DNA of 62,186 bases, filler included, from Globobulimina sp. (Eukaryota): the NCBI GenBank assembly GCA_003354225.1. It is 23 parts of 23 records of this genome, joined end to end, with 100 filler letters (N's around TTAATTAATTAA, not from the genome) between each part and the next. Parts side by side here need not be neighbours in the genome. Positions count along the whole stretch, not along the records: positions 43,340 to 45,946 come from PIVH01005754.1; positions 46,047 to 48,653 come from PIVH01005755.1; positions 48,754 to 51,360 come from PIVH01005756.1; positions 51,461 to 54,067 come from PIVH01005757.1; positions 54,168 to 56,774 come from PIVH01005758.1; positions 56,875 to 59,480 come from PIVH01005759.1; 17 more parts are not named here. The stretch is one strand, 5' to 3'. Position numbers and translations under genes: made by a program. Shown in pieces: positions 45,674 through 57,747 of the stretch. Each line of letters starts with the position of its first letter. Position 1 is the first letter of the stretch. The notes under the pieces were generated by a model. The model saw only the letters and a program-made list of their open reading frames with translations. It was not told the DNA's origin and searched no databases.

Positions 45674-46135
45674 AATAAAGTTAAATTAGATAGTTACCTA
45701 GAAATAAAGGTTTTTTCGTACTTAGAAATTCGCAAATTTTCCAATGTAATACCTATAGATATTTTATATATTTTGCGGATAGGCACGACGAGAAAACATG
45801 GATTGTGTCAATGAGATATTTCCCCAAAACGATGAAACAGAAAATGAGAATTATAAACAAGATGAAATTAATATAAATTTATTCAAACAAAATGAAATGA
45901 ATTGTAATCAAACAACAAACAATAATAATAATATCATCGATAACTGNNNNNNNNNNNNNNNNNNNNNNNNNNNNNNNNNNNNNNNNNNNNTTAATTAATT
46001 AANNNNNNNNNNNNNNNNNNNNNNNNNNNNNNNNNNNNNNNNNNNNCCATTTGACTTTATTTTTAAATCGTCTCCCAAAAATCGTTCTACTTGCTTTTCT
46101 GTACAAATTAACTCACTTGTGGCTTAGTACCTCCT

Positions 46136-48385
46136 TTGCAAAACCATCATGCGGAAATATGGTGCCATGTTACATCAGTGTGTCATTCTAAATCACTTGG
46201 AAAACGTTCAGTATGGCTGTATAATTCTACCGATTGGGCAGCCTTCTGTGAGTCTTTGTTACAATCAGATCTCCTTTCCACTGTGTCAATGGCCGAAAAT
46301 ATCAATGATGCCTGGAACAAATGGAAGAAAGCATTTCTACAGTCAGCAGAAACCCATATTCCTTGTAAAATTATATCTCTCAAAAGATCTGGCAAAAACT
46401 GGTTTAATCATTCCATCAAACGACTTATCAGACAACGTGATAATGCATTCCGTCAATGGAGAACCCATCCTACTCCTCAAACTGCTGCCAAGCATAAACG
46501 ATTGCAGAAGAAAGTCAAAAGAAGTGTATTTGTTGCTAAAAAAGATTTCTACACTGAAGAATTTGGAAAATGCAAGGATCCTGCAACATATTGGAAAACC
46601 ATCAAACATGTTACTGGTCGTTCTGCTAACAGTAGCATGCCTGATCTTATTACTGACCATGGTACTTTCTCATCTGATCACTCAAAAGCTAATGCAATAG
46701 CCGACCAGTATGACAGTGTTTTCAACAGAACTGATGGCCCAATCCCACTTATTACTGATCATGACATCGATGCAGAGTGGTTATGTGATGAAGAATGGGT
46801 GTTTGATCAACTGGTCACATTGGATGTTAAAAAATCAAATGGTACAGATGGTGTTACATCAAGAATGTTATTCGAATCTGCTGCTGTGATTGCTCCCTCA
46901 GTTACAGTACTTATCAACCGGTCACTAACTGAAGGTGTTGTCCCAGCAGAATGGAAAATGGCCATTGTTTCACCAATACCAAAAGTAAAGAATTCCCCTA
47001 ACCCATCAGACTATCGACCAGTTTCACTGCTTTGCATTATTTCCAAACTTGCTGAACGCTTTTTTGCTAGAAACCTTGGCCCATTAATCGATGACAAATT
47101 ACCCAAAACGCAATATGGCTTCAGACAATGTCGGTCGACAGAAGATGCTGTGGCTTTACTTGAACATAAAATACTAACCAGCTTCAATCATTGTTCTGGC
47201 ATTACCAAAGTATGTGGCATATTCTTTGATTTATCCAAAGCATTCGATAAGGTGCCTGTTGGACGTCTACTAACTGTCTTAGAAACAACATACATGATAC
47301 CACCTGGAGCCATGCGCTGGTTGCGATCTTACCTTACTGAACGAAAACAAGCTGTTCATGTCAATGGTACCCTGTCCAGTGTGCCGAATGTCATCTGAGG
47401 AGTCCCACAAGGTTCTGTACTTGGGCCTATGCTATTTAATGCATATTCAGCTCCAGCCTTATTACTACATTTGTCACCTGGTGCTTCATGTATTGCATAT
47501 GCAGATGATGTAGCATATGTGAAGAAAGCGGAATTTGGACCAGAACAAGCTGATATTGATAAAGATGCTAATGCAATTGCCAACTGTTTTAAATCACTTG
47601 GACTACCTATCAATGCTAATAAAACTGTGGCAATGCTGTTTTCTTTGTCAAACACAAATGTCCAATTTGATGTTCAGCCATCTTTATGTGGCCAACCCCT
47701 TACTGCTGTTACCTCCTTCAAATACCTTGGCATCTGGCTTGATCAAAAACTTTCATGGTCCATTCACTCTCATAAAGCTGCAGCAAAGAGTCGTCGAGCC
47801 ATTGGGGCTTTTTCTAGACACTGTCGCAATTTTGTTCCTAAGCCTGTATTTTGTCATCTTTACAAACAGGTCATTTTACCATCCCTCTTATATGGACTTA
47901 GTGTTGCTTATCCAATCAATGTTAATGACTGTAATCGTTTCGAACGTGTCCAGCTGTATGCGGCAAGAACTGCTAGTAATTGTTTTAATTTACCACCAGA
48001 GGAGTTACTATCAGAACTGAAATGGAAGTCAATTTCCAAAATTGTCCAAGAAAGAAGATTGATTTTATTCCATGACTATCATCATTGTGTCCGTTATTTG
48101 CCAGATGGAATTCTTTTGCCACAAAATGACTTTATTGGAAGGAATACACGCGCACGTCAGCAGATTGAAAATGACTACACCTACGATCGTGTGTTCCCAA
48201 CTCGAGGGCGTTGTGGGCGTGGCTATTTCATGGATGTTATTGGACTGTGGAACAACTTGACAAATGAACAGATTGGGTTAAATAAACGTGATTTCAAGCG
48301 GTTTGTGAAGAGAAGAGAATGATTTTAGTAGTATAATTAGTCTTATTGTTTTTTAATAACTAACAAACCTATATTATATTATATA
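46136..48385 (+). mobile_element. Non-LTR retrotransposon (CR1/L2-like) ORF2 reverse transcriptase, 5' truncated, with a single premature TGA at 47396
   Basis: WK.A.V.PIPK, YRPVSLL, QYGFR, FFDLSKAFDKV, VI*GVPQGSVLGP.LF, YADD and FKYLGI. Both ORFs are in the same frame. AT-rich 3' tail with TATAT-like repeats. Confidence 0.92.
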
Positions 48386-48753
48386 ATCAGTGCTATATTA
48401 CAGTCTGCATAGATTCTTTTAGCACTTTAAATAAAGTTTGTCTATCTTGTTGCTTCCAATACATCTCTCTTTCCAACTGTTGCTCCCAACGCTTCTCTCT
48501 TTCCATCTCTCTTTCAACCATTGTTGCTCCCATTCTAACTTCAGTCGTTTGGTTTCCTGTAGATGGGCTTCTGATTCGGGTGTTGGGTGGGACTTCCCAG
48601 AGCACTCTGCTGTAGACTATCGGAGCGTCTCGTCATTGGTCTTCATTGGTCCANNNNNNNNNNNNNNNNNNNNNNNNNNNNNNNNNNNNNNNNNNNNTTA
48701 ATTAATTAANNNNNNNNNNNNNNNNNNNNNNNNNNNNNNNNNNNNNNNNNNNN

Positions 48754-49135
48754 TATCGTTATGAAAAGGTACCTGTTTTGGTGATGGTTGATGGAAATGA
48801 CAATATTTTGCATTTTTTTGTGTGATTAAATCATGATATTTTGAATACTCAAATGTGTCCAGTATTACTTTGTTTTTCCATAGGATATTATGTGCATAAT
48901 TGCCTGGGTTGAACTGGAAATAAATATGGGGATCGATTTGTATTTCTTGCATTTTATCACTGTAAAAATTTAAACTTATTGGTCTTTTTTCCTTACCAAC
49001 ACCGACAACAATGTTTAAATCTAAATCTAAATTTGCCATAATTGAATCGTGTTCTTCATTGAGTTTCTGTTTTTTTGCTGCTCTGTCAGTACCAGTGTCT
49101 GTGTCATTATTTCTTTTTTGTCGTTTGAGTGCCAT
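48754..49135 (-). CDS. Hypothetical protein, 3' partial
   Basis: ATG-initiated ORF with a bipartite NLS-like KRQKR...AKKQKL. Runs into the spacer. Confidence 0.5.
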
Positions 49136-49187
49136 TATGGAAATTACAGTTTTTGCTTCAAATAATTATTCTACTCGCTCTCTGTGT

Positions 49188-50678
49188 ATGGCGTCAAAAA
49201 AAAATACCAGACTTGACTTTTTTAAAAACAACACGAAACTGGTTCTCTCCGCGACGGTGCTATGCGTAGTTGGTTTATACAATATTTTGTCACATTTTAG
49301 TAACAAACAAACCACAAATGGGTCCACACAAACTGACAATAACTATAATTTAGATCAATGGAACGAATTACACCAGAAATTGAATGAAACGAATCATTCA
49401 TTGGATGAGGAAAAATTATCCAAAATACAAATAAAAACAGATGCAAGCAATCTGTCAACACGACTAAATTCCGAAAATATGCGTTTTAAAGAAAAGCTAA
49501 ATGCACTGCAACATGAATATAACGAACAACATAATCAACAACAAATATTACAGCGTGAAATTACAAATTTAAAGTCCGCCATTGTACAAAAAGAAGATGA
49601 TTATAACCAATCAATGGATGGATTAAAACGTAAAAATAAACAATCCCAAAATGAAATAAATCGATCGAATCAACACTCGCTAAATAAATTAAGTGCAACA
49701 ATACAAGACAACAATACATTGATTAATACACTAAAACGTAAAAACCAACAATCACAAAATAAAATAAACGACGTAAAGCAACAAACAGATGAACTGTATG
49801 CACAATTATCAGAAACCAAAATTATAAACGGAAATAATAAAGTTGAGCTGTATGACAATCACTTATATAATACATTCAAACATATGAATTTACGTAATCA
49901 ACACCACATTGATTATATATTGGATTATCAATCAATGCAATCTGTAATACAGTATTGGTGCAATTATTATATTGAAAAACATTTCCCTGCAACACTCACT
50001 GTGTGTATTTATCAAACATATCATCAATTATTAAATATTAAAATGAAATTTTCGCATAATTCACCAAAATCAATTCGCAGAGGTAAAGATTGTGAGTATC
50101 AAACGATGTGTAATTTGTCATGTTTTAGATTTGCAAAATATAATAAGTTGCTCGTTGGATTTCAAATTAGAATTAAAGACATATCATCAGTATATATTAA
50201 GGACTCTGATGGAAAAAAACAAATATTTGGATTTTGGCAAAAAATATCAACGTATGATGATAGGTCGTCGTGTCCTTTTTATTGGCAATATGATAATAAT
50301 AATGATAAAAAAGATAAATTATCCGCCAATTGTTACTATTTCCGTAAGAATGATTTATTGGCATATTTCATGGGTGATGATGGAATTTTGTATGCATTTC
50401 GGAATGGTATATTTGTTGCAGTTGGTAGTTATAGACAGAAAAAGTTTTTTGAAGAACAATATGGTTTTGTTGATATTCCAAAGGGAAGTGATGTTGAAGT
50501 GATCTATGATATGAGTAATATTGAATGGAATGGTGTTATCTGTCAACATTTGGGCAGCAGAGGATGTAGCTGGAGGATGTATTGTAGTTATTGTAATCCC
50601 AAAGATGAATATAGGACACATTTACCAGTGACAGTGTATAATCAACTTTGCAACGCAGCGACAAATCTCCTTGACTAG
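49188..50678 (+). CDS. N-terminally anchored coiled-coil protein with aromatic beta-rich (possibly SPRY-like) C-terminus
   Basis: TM LVLSATVLCVVGLYNIL, an N/Q/K coiled coil of about 150 aa, and C-terminal DLLAYFMGDDGILYAFRNG. Confidence 0.6.
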   Translation: MASKKNTRLDFFKNNTKLVLSATVLCVVGLYNILSHFSNKQTTNGSTQTDNNYNLDQWNELHQKLNETNHSLDEEKLSKIQIKTDASNLSTRLNSENMRFKEKLNALQHEYNEQHNQQQILQREITNLKSAIVQKEDDYNQSMDGLKRKNKQSQNEINRSNQHSLNKLSATIQDNNTLINTLKRKNQQSQNKINDVKQQTDELYAQLSETKIINGNNKVELYDNHLYNTFKHMNLRNQHHIDYILDYQSMQSVIQYWCNYYIEKHFPATLTVCIYQTYHQLLNIKMKFSHNSPKSIRRGKDCEYQTMCNLSCFRFAKYNKLLVGFQIRIKDISSVYIKDSDGKKQIFGFWQKISTYDDRSSCPFYWQYDNNNDKKDKLSANCYYFRKNDLLAYFMGDDGILYAFRNGIFVAVGSYRQKKFFEEQYGFVDIPKGSDVEVIYDMSNIEWNGVICQHLGSRGCSWRMYCSYCNPKDEYRTHLPVTVYNQLCNAATNLLD

Positions 50679-50964
50679 CTTTAAGAGGTTTTTATACAGA
50701 AACGGTTTGCTATAGCTTTAATTGTGTTTGTGTGTTCGTGCTTAATTGTTATAACTTTGTCTTAATTTTATTAATTATAATTTGCTTTTATATAACAATT
50801 AATATAAAACGAAGGACCAACAATTCATGATTCATTATTTGTTGTTGTTAATTAATTGATAGATACAGATTTTACATCCAAAACCATTTACTTCAGTTCA
50901 AGTGAAGTGATAATCAGCGATACATTTTTGAAGGTTCTGCAATCAAAGGGCCTCTACAATCAGC

Positions 50965-51360
50965 ATGGTTCAAGATGCACGTGTAACATACAGAAGACGC
51001 AACCCATACAACACACGCGGCAATTATTTCAGAAAGTAATCTATTATATTTATATTGTCATTTGCTGACATTGTAATGCACCATTTATCGATATTATTTT
51101 TGTTATCCTTGCACACAATGCATTGATTATCGATTATGTTTTATGTTTGTTGTTTTGGTGAATACATAGGGTGAGAACACCAGGAAATAAATTGGTCGTT
51201 CAATATTTAAAGAAATTACATTTAAAACATCGCTCGGTACCAAGATGTGCGGAGAGTGGTAAGCCTCTACGCGGCGTAAAACCAAATCGTGGCAATTATA
51301 AAAATAAGAGATTAACCACGTTACAAAAGAAAAGGAGAGCAGTCAGTCGTGCATACGGCG
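50965..51360 (+). CDS. RPL34: 60S ribosomal protein L34 (eL34), 3' partial; join(50965..51035,51170..>51360)
   Basis: MVQDARVTYRRRNPYNTRGNYFRK|VRTPGNKLVVQYLKK...PRCAESGKPLRGV...VSRAYG, with a 134-nt GT-AG intron. Confidence 0.95.
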
Positions 51361-51460
51361 NNNNNNNNNNNNNNNNNNNNNNNNNNNNNNNNNNNNNNNN
51401 NNNNTTAATTAATTAANNNNNNNNNNNNNNNNNNNNNNNNNNNNNNNNNNNNNNNNNNNN

Positions 51461-52870
51461 AATCTGTGACGAAAATATCAAACCTACATTAACCCCAATA
51501 TTTTTTGTACCAAATATGAAGCTAATAATTGTTGGAAATATAGAGAAATTTGACGAAAACAAACCAAACAACAAACAGACCCAAACAAACGGCATAATAT
51601 CCCCATAACAAAAAGGCCACAAAAATAATAAAATGCACAAAATAATATTGATCGAACCTAATGTAAATCGAAATGATTTTGTTTTATCCAAAATAAATCC
51701 AAACAGAATGCGTCCAAAACCATTAAAAATGGCAGAAATGGATCCAATTAATGACAAATATGAATCATCATTAATTCCTAAATTATTCGTAAACATTTTC
51801 CACTGCGTAGAAATCACAACAATTATCATCCCATCGATGAAAAAAATAAAATATAATTGCCAGAACATCACACTTTTAATCACATCCATTACATCGTAAC
51901 CTCCATCAACATCATCATTGGGTACATGCGTTGCTATTATTTGCTGCGAAATGAGTGGCAATTCCTCACTGTTTCTAATTGGTTCTGGCTGTGTTTGCAT
52001 ATAATTATTTGGAGGATTTGTCATTAACAAAACTCCAATAATCTGCATAACAAAAAAGCATGCACCTAAATATAAAAAAATAAATGGAAAATTTCCCATA
52101 ATCGCATCGTCTGAAAATCCATTCGTTATATCCTGCTCTAAGTTGCCTGGATTGATTAATATTGTTTGCAGTTTGTCGAAAATCAAGGCAGATATTCCAA
52201 ATCCACATAAAACAATCCCATTTACAAAACCTGTGTATGGTTTGGCAATATTTGAGCATTTAAAATGTATCAAATGCATATAAAAAATGCATGCATATAT
52301 TGTCAGAAACAGATACGTCGTACCTTTATTATTTGGATACCATTTCATAACAACAACTAAAATGTTTGGGTATGCGATGCCAATACCAACACCGAACAAG
52401 ATACCATAGGTTAAATATACCAAAACATAATTATTGCAAATAAAATAGGTACATAAAACACCACCGATTGATTGGATAGCACAGCCAATGATAATTGTGA
52501 CTTTTATACCAAATTTCGAGCCTAATTTGCCACCAATTGGGAAAAATATTGATTGCCCACAAATGGTGCATGCAAATATATAATTACATTTAGAAATATA
52601 TTGTAAATAATTATCGTCATTGTTAACCGCTGCTAGATAGCTTGCGAAATATGGAAGCATGTTACCAAATGTATATATGGATCCTAATGATAGATAAATT
52701 AATAAACCACCGATACAGGTTAATATGCCTCTAATTCTCGTGTTTTTTATATTATTTGACTCTATGTCTTCATATTCACGTTCAACAAAATATTTGTCTT
52801 GTTGTGGTAGGTTGAAATAATACGGGTTTGTATCTTTATTTAAATGCATTCTTTGTACTGGAGAGTGCAT
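51461..52870 (-). CDS. MFS transporter, oxalate:formate antiporter-like; 3' partial; intron 52231-52323
   Basis: GSIYTFGN..PY, YGILFGVGIGIAY, KWYPNNKG|FVNGIVLCGFG, FNGFGRILFG.ILDK and FGTKN.GVNVG. Confidence 0.85.
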
Positions 52871-52935
52871 CTACCTCAAGGTCTGCATTTTGAGTGAAAA
52901 ACTTTTGACCATCACGCTGTAATTTGCATACTGCA

Positions 52936-53430
52936 ATGTCTAGATCTAAAATGATTGTTGTTGATGGTAACCTGTATTACAATGCAGCGCTGAGAGATAA
53001 TCTGTCATTTAATGGCAAAATACCAGGGACAAATGGAGAATATGAAAGCAAATATGTTTCAAATACGAACTTCGATCGAATTGATTCAAACGAGTTAACG
53101 AATGTTTTTGTTTATGATATTTGGACGGGGTATATGCGAAAAGAAAGTGGAATATCAAAGTCATGGAAAAAACGATGGTTTGTGTTACAATCTGATGGTA
53201 AATTATTATATTTTAATAAAGAAAAATCTAAACATTTATTAGATACATTTAATTGTAAAAATTTAACGGAAATAGCAAGTAAATCGTGGACCTCAACAAA
53301 CAAAAAAAGATTCGGTATCAAAATAAATACATCCCGTAGATCGTGGAAGTTATTATGTGCAAATCATAAGGATAGGAATGAATGGATCAAAGCATTTCAA
53401 ACTGTATCAAATGCCAAACATACTTGGTAA
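52936..53430 (+). CDS. PH domain protein
   Basis: WTGYMRKESG..KSWKKRWFVL...LLYF...RSWKL.....DRNEWIKAF. Confidence 0.88.
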   Translation: MSRSKMIVVDGNLYYNAALRDNLSFNGKIPGTNGEYESKYVSNTNFDRIDSNELTNVFVYDIWTGYMRKESGISKSWKKRWFVLQSDGKLLYFNKEKSKHLLDTFNCKNLTEIASKSWTSTNKKRFGIKINTSRRSWKLLCANHKDRNEWIKAFQTVSNAKHTW

Positions 53431-53686
53431 TTTTACCAATTTGCATTCACTGTTATTTAATATTAGGATAAATGTTTCAATTAATTGCTCTTTTTCACTC
53501 CTTTTTTTCCTCTGGAGAAACAATACAAAATTTGATACGCAAATATGATTTGGTACAAAAGTGCAAAAATAAATCCGTTTAAATTAGTATTTAGCAGTAC
53601 GTGTTTTTTAGAGGTTTAGCAGTTTTTTTTTTTTGAGTAGAAATCGATCCAATCCTTTCCTGTTTAAACTGTTTAACCCAAATAAT

Positions 53687-53903
53687 ATGCTGCCTGTTCT
53701 GCTAATTACCTTTTCTGCCATTTACAATGTCCAACCAGAAGCTTTCAAATGGGGTTAACGTTATAATTCATCCATATTCGTTAATCGTTATATGACAATA
53801 ACCAAACCAACAACAAACACAATACAAACACATAGGCACTGCCACTGCTTCATATCAGATAGAAGGTGCTGTAAAAGCAGGTGGAAGATCACCATCAATA
53901 TGG
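53687..53903 (+). CDS. Glycoside hydrolase family 1 (beta-glucosidase-like) first two exons; join(53687..53753,53836..53903), partial
   Basis: Not in the ORF track. Spliced product [45 protein letters not shown] is the GH1 N-terminal signature with a signal peptide. Confidence 0.85.
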
Positions 53904-54169
53904 GTACCAATATATGCATGACATATCTTTTATGCACTGACTGCGCTATTTAAGGTATTGTATCACAGGACGTAAAATTTGATATTCCATAAAATCTCCG
54001 TCTGTTTGTATGCATAAAACGAAAAGTTTTGATTCTGTGCAGCTAAAATATTAATAAATAGTGGCTGNNNNNNNNNNNNNNNNNNNNNNNNNNNNNNNNN
54101 NNNNNNNNNNNTTAATTAATTAANNNNNNNNNNNNNNNNNNNNNNNNNNNNNNNNNNNNNNNNNNNNTT

Positions 54170-56554
54170 AAGGACTTATTGGTTAATTACAAAAGCAAAG
54201 TGAAGTGGTATCAATTCCGGGAATGTATTGAAGGATCGGAGCAAGAAAAAAAAGACAAATTGTTTTGGTTAGATGACGAGGAAGAGAGTGATATGGATTT
54301 GTATACACCAACACCAACACCCACACAAATAACAACCATTTCATCCTCTGCCTCCAGCTCAGCCTCCATTTTTTCATCTAATTCCATGCAAAGTACCTGT
54401 TGCCTGTCGCAAACGTCTCAGCCCTCTCAAACCATGGCAATGTTCGAGAGAAAGCCCGCTGTTGCATTGAAGACAAAATTGAAAACATTAATAGCATATT
54501 ATCGACCATATGCGACTGTGATGCAATTTATAAAAACGTTTTTAAATCGAATATTTCGACATGATAAACGTTGGGGATTTGATACGGATGGAAACCAATG
54601 CAAATTCAAAAACTTTCTGTGGAAAATGATTATTGCACAACGCCATGAAAAGTTTAGTATGTTGCAAGCTGTGGGCGGTATAAAGGCGTGCATTTTGAAT
54701 ACATTTATCAACAAAGAACATGTGAACAATTTCAGTACACATATACAAGAAACCAAATGGGATATAACCATTCGATTTATATATTGGTTGATCAATGATG
54801 TTATTGTGGATTTATTGCGATTTAATTATTATGTGACTGAGAGAAGTTATACTTATGGTCCTGTGGTGACATATTATTCTGTGAAAATATGGAAAAACAT
54901 TATCGATCTTTATTTGAAACAGAATCGGAATATGTTTGAGCCAATCAGTAAAAGGAAATTATGGAAGAAAAAGAAAAACACTGATTTGGGCATTGGTTTT
55001 TTACGATTTGTGCCCAAACCATCCTCGTTGCGACCAATTATTAATTTAAGTCGGAACTCAGTGATATCGGATCCGTCAAACATATCGATTCAGAAAACAC
55101 TAAGAGCTCCAAATAAAAGATTAAATCAATTATTTTCTATCCTGACACACGAAGTAAATCAATATAAAATCAATAACCGTAAGTCAGATATATTGGGCTG
55201 TTCTGTGTTTTGTGTGCGGGAATATTATCATAATTGGCTGCTATTTGTGAGAAAGTACAAGGCGGTGCATGGCGATCCTTCCGATCCAAATGGCCACAAT
55301 TTACCAAAAGTATATTGTGTCTCTGCGGACTTATCCAAATGTTACGATCGCGTGAATCAGGATATTTTGATGGAAATCGTTGAACGGAAATTATTATATA
55401 AGGACAAATACGAATTGTTGAAATATTCTGCAATATTCCCAGAATGTGGCAGCATATTTCAGCGCTATAAATATGGTGTAAATTACAATGAGATTGAAGA
55501 CATAGCTCAGGACACCACAAAGCACAGAGGGCCATTTATTATATCCACGCAAGGATATAAGACCTCGTTGAAGAACGACGAGATAATGGAGTTATTGTCG
55601 CATAATATCAGCACTTCCATCGTGTACTTAGCGGGCAAATACTACCAACATAACGTGGGCATTTCGCAGGGATCCATAATCTCTCAGTTATTGTGTTGTG
55701 TCTATATCGGTCAATGTGAGAAGCAGATACAAGCTCAGATATTGAAAGAAAGCAGAAACGATACCATCTGTCGCTTGATGATGCGCCACGTGGATGATTT
55801 TATTTTCTTTACTACGGATAAAGCGGAGGCGGTGCTGTTTGCTGATATTTTGCATGCCGGAATTGACGAATTTAATATGTTGGCAAATGAGGACAAAACA
55901 TCCACCAATTTTGTGTATCGCGGCAAAGGGAACGATGGCGGCTCACATTGGATCTCTTGGTGTGGTTTTTTATGGAACACTTTCACTTTGAATGTGCGCG
56001 CAAATCATAGGGACCATACTCTGAACATAAAAGCCAATCTGTTGACCTCATGCAGTGGCAAATTTGTGTCAAGTAAGTTGTCGAAATTGATTCGACATAA
56101 AATAGAACCATTGTTACTGGATGAAAATATTAATACTGCTTCCAACATTGTTTATAATTTATATCAATCGTTTTATGTTTCTGGTGCTCGCTTTGTTCGA
56201 TTTGTGATAGCATTGCCATGCCGGAATGAATATTTTCTGTGGAATGTACTGATTGAATTAAGCAAATATACTTGGAATCGGATACAAATTCAGAAATCTG
56301 TTGCGTCGTTGAAAACGATTGAAATACAATTCCCGTTTAAATGGAGCGAACTGCAATATATTGCGAGCAGAGCGTATAAACATTCCATTATGACAAAATA
56401 CCATGGATTGTTTTCGCGAACATTTCAACGAAAATTGGACAAATATATTGCCAACAAATCGAAATGCATTTCATTGCATTATAAGGACATGTTTGATAAA
56501 TACACGGATGCCAACCAGTTGATGCATGACAAATTGCATGACTTTATATATTAA
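54170..56554 (+). CDS. TERT: Telomerase reverse transcriptase (TRBD, RT and CTE), 5' partial
   Basis: QFP-like VMQFIKTFLNRIF...WG. T motif YWL..V.DLLRFNYYVTE...YY...W. Motifs 1/2 LRFVPKPSSLRPIINL, A SADLSKCYD, B' GISQGSIISQLLC, C MRHVDDF, D NEDKT, E WCG. CTE PLLLDENIN....NLY. Confidence 0.93.
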   Translation, partial: KDLLVNYKSKVKWYQFRECIEGSEQEKKDKLFWLDDEEESDMDLYTPTPTPTQITTISSSASSSASIFSSNSMQSTCCLSQTSQPSQTMAMFERKPAVALKTKLKTLIAYYRPYATVMQFIKTFLNRIFRHDKRWGFDTDGNQCKFKNFLWKMIIAQRHEKFSMLQAVGGIKACILNTFINKEHVNNFSTHIQETKWDITIRFIYWLINDVIVDLLRFNYYVTERSYTYGPVVTYYSVKIWKNIIDLYLKQNRNMFEPISKRKLWKKKKNTDLGIGFLRFVPKPSSLRPIINLSRNSVISDPSNISIQKTLRAPNKRLNQLFSILTHEVNQYKINNRKSDILGCSVFCVREYYHNWLLFVRKYKAVHGDPSDPNGHNLPKVYCVSADLSKCYDRVNQDILMEIVERKLLYKDKYELLKYSAIFPECGSIFQRYKYGVNYNEIEDIAQDTTKHRGPFIISTQGYKTSLKNDEIMELLSHNISTSIVYLAGKYYQHNVGISQGSIISQLLCCVYIGQCEKQIQAQILKESRNDTICRLMMRHVDDFIFFTTDKAEAVLFADILHAGIDEFNMLANEDKTSTNFVYRGKGNDGGSHWISWCGFLWNTFTLNVRANHRDHTLNIKANLLTSCSGKFVSSKLSKLIRHKIEPLLLDENINTASNIVYNLYQSFYVSGARFVRFVIALPCRNEYFLWNVLIELSKYTWNRIQIQKSVASLKTIEIQFPFKWSELQYIASRAYKHSIMTKYHGLFSRTFQRKLDKYIANKSKCISLHYKDMFDKYTDANQLMHDKLHDFIY

Positions 56555-56874
56555 ATGAAAGCTGACATCGCAAATGTACATTATCTTGATTTTAGTACCA
56601 ATGACTATGCCTTAATCTATCACTTCTTTACCCAAAAAAACGCAGTAAAAGTGGAATTACTCCACTCCTTTTGACCCGTTTACTCCACTTAGTGGAGTAA
56701 AATAGAAACGAAAAACAGTCTTGTACATGATTGGTAAAAGACTGTATACATATTTGTAAAAAAACAAAAACACANNNNNNNNNNNNNNNNNNNNNNNNNN
56801 NNNNNNNNNNNNNNNNNNTTAATTAATTAANNNNNNNNNNNNNNNNNNNNNNNNNNNNNNNNNNNNNNNNNNNN

Positions 56875-57472
56875 AGTTATTCTCCATTAATTTGCAAAAT
56901 TTAATGAAATCAATATGGAGCATAATACGCGCTTCCTTTGCATGCACAATATAATCATTATAAAATTCATCTAAACCTCGCCGAATATTTGTGATTAACA
57001 ATGCACGTAAAATATGTGATGGTATTACGGGTACAATATGTTTAGAAGAATGGATGGTATTTAATAACCTTTTTAAATGCATATTGAATTGAAATAAATT
57101 ATATTTCCCGACTGTGCGTAATACCGTATATGCACAGACCCCATCTGTTTGTTGGACATATTTTGAATGTGGATCTGCCGTCCATTTAAACGATGAATTC
57201 CATTCTAAAATGCCATATTTTAATGATGTATCACGTTTGGTAACTTTTGATGGTTTCATTTTGTGTGTATTCAATGAGTGACTGCGGCTACATAATGTTT
57301 GTGATATGATCCAATAGAAGACACCGCTGCAACTTACAACTGCCAATTTCATCAACAATGCAATCATATGTCTCTCTGAAGTATGGGTATCCACTTCATA
57401 GCAAGCAACGAGAATGGCTGTAAAGGCTGTTAGGCAAAACCACCATATACCTGGGGACAGAGAGTAGGACAT
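56875..57472 (-). CDS. Membrane-anchored class IV aminotransferase-like (PLP fold IV) protein, 3' partial
   Basis: Two N-terminal hydrophobic helices, then AYTVLRT....LFQF..HLKRL and EARI, which resemble the class IV N-terminal domain. Confidence 0.55.
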
Positions 57473-57747
57473 GGTGCGGACTATGACATTTCTAACAAAA
57501 CTCGAAAACCATACTTCATATTTACAAAAAGTTATTATTCAATCCACTAAACCATAAGCACAGAATCGAAAGGAATAAATAGTTTCAATTGGATTGGGAA
57601 AAAAATCGGAATTATTTATAATGGATAAATCGAAGGATTACAAGTACATGAATTCAACATTCATTTTTATGGTTCTTGTAGTGATATGATTGATGAAACC
57701 ACAAAACAAAAATTAAAATGTAGTCTGTGGATACCATCCATCACCAA

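Noticed and set aside
9238..47398. Stop-codon reassignment suggested by in-frame TAA-TAA (9238), TAA (38519) and TGA (47396)
   Set aside because: All three stops end well-defined genes here (copine and TERT TAA, SNAP TAG, RING TGA), and long AT-rich ORFs have no internal stops.
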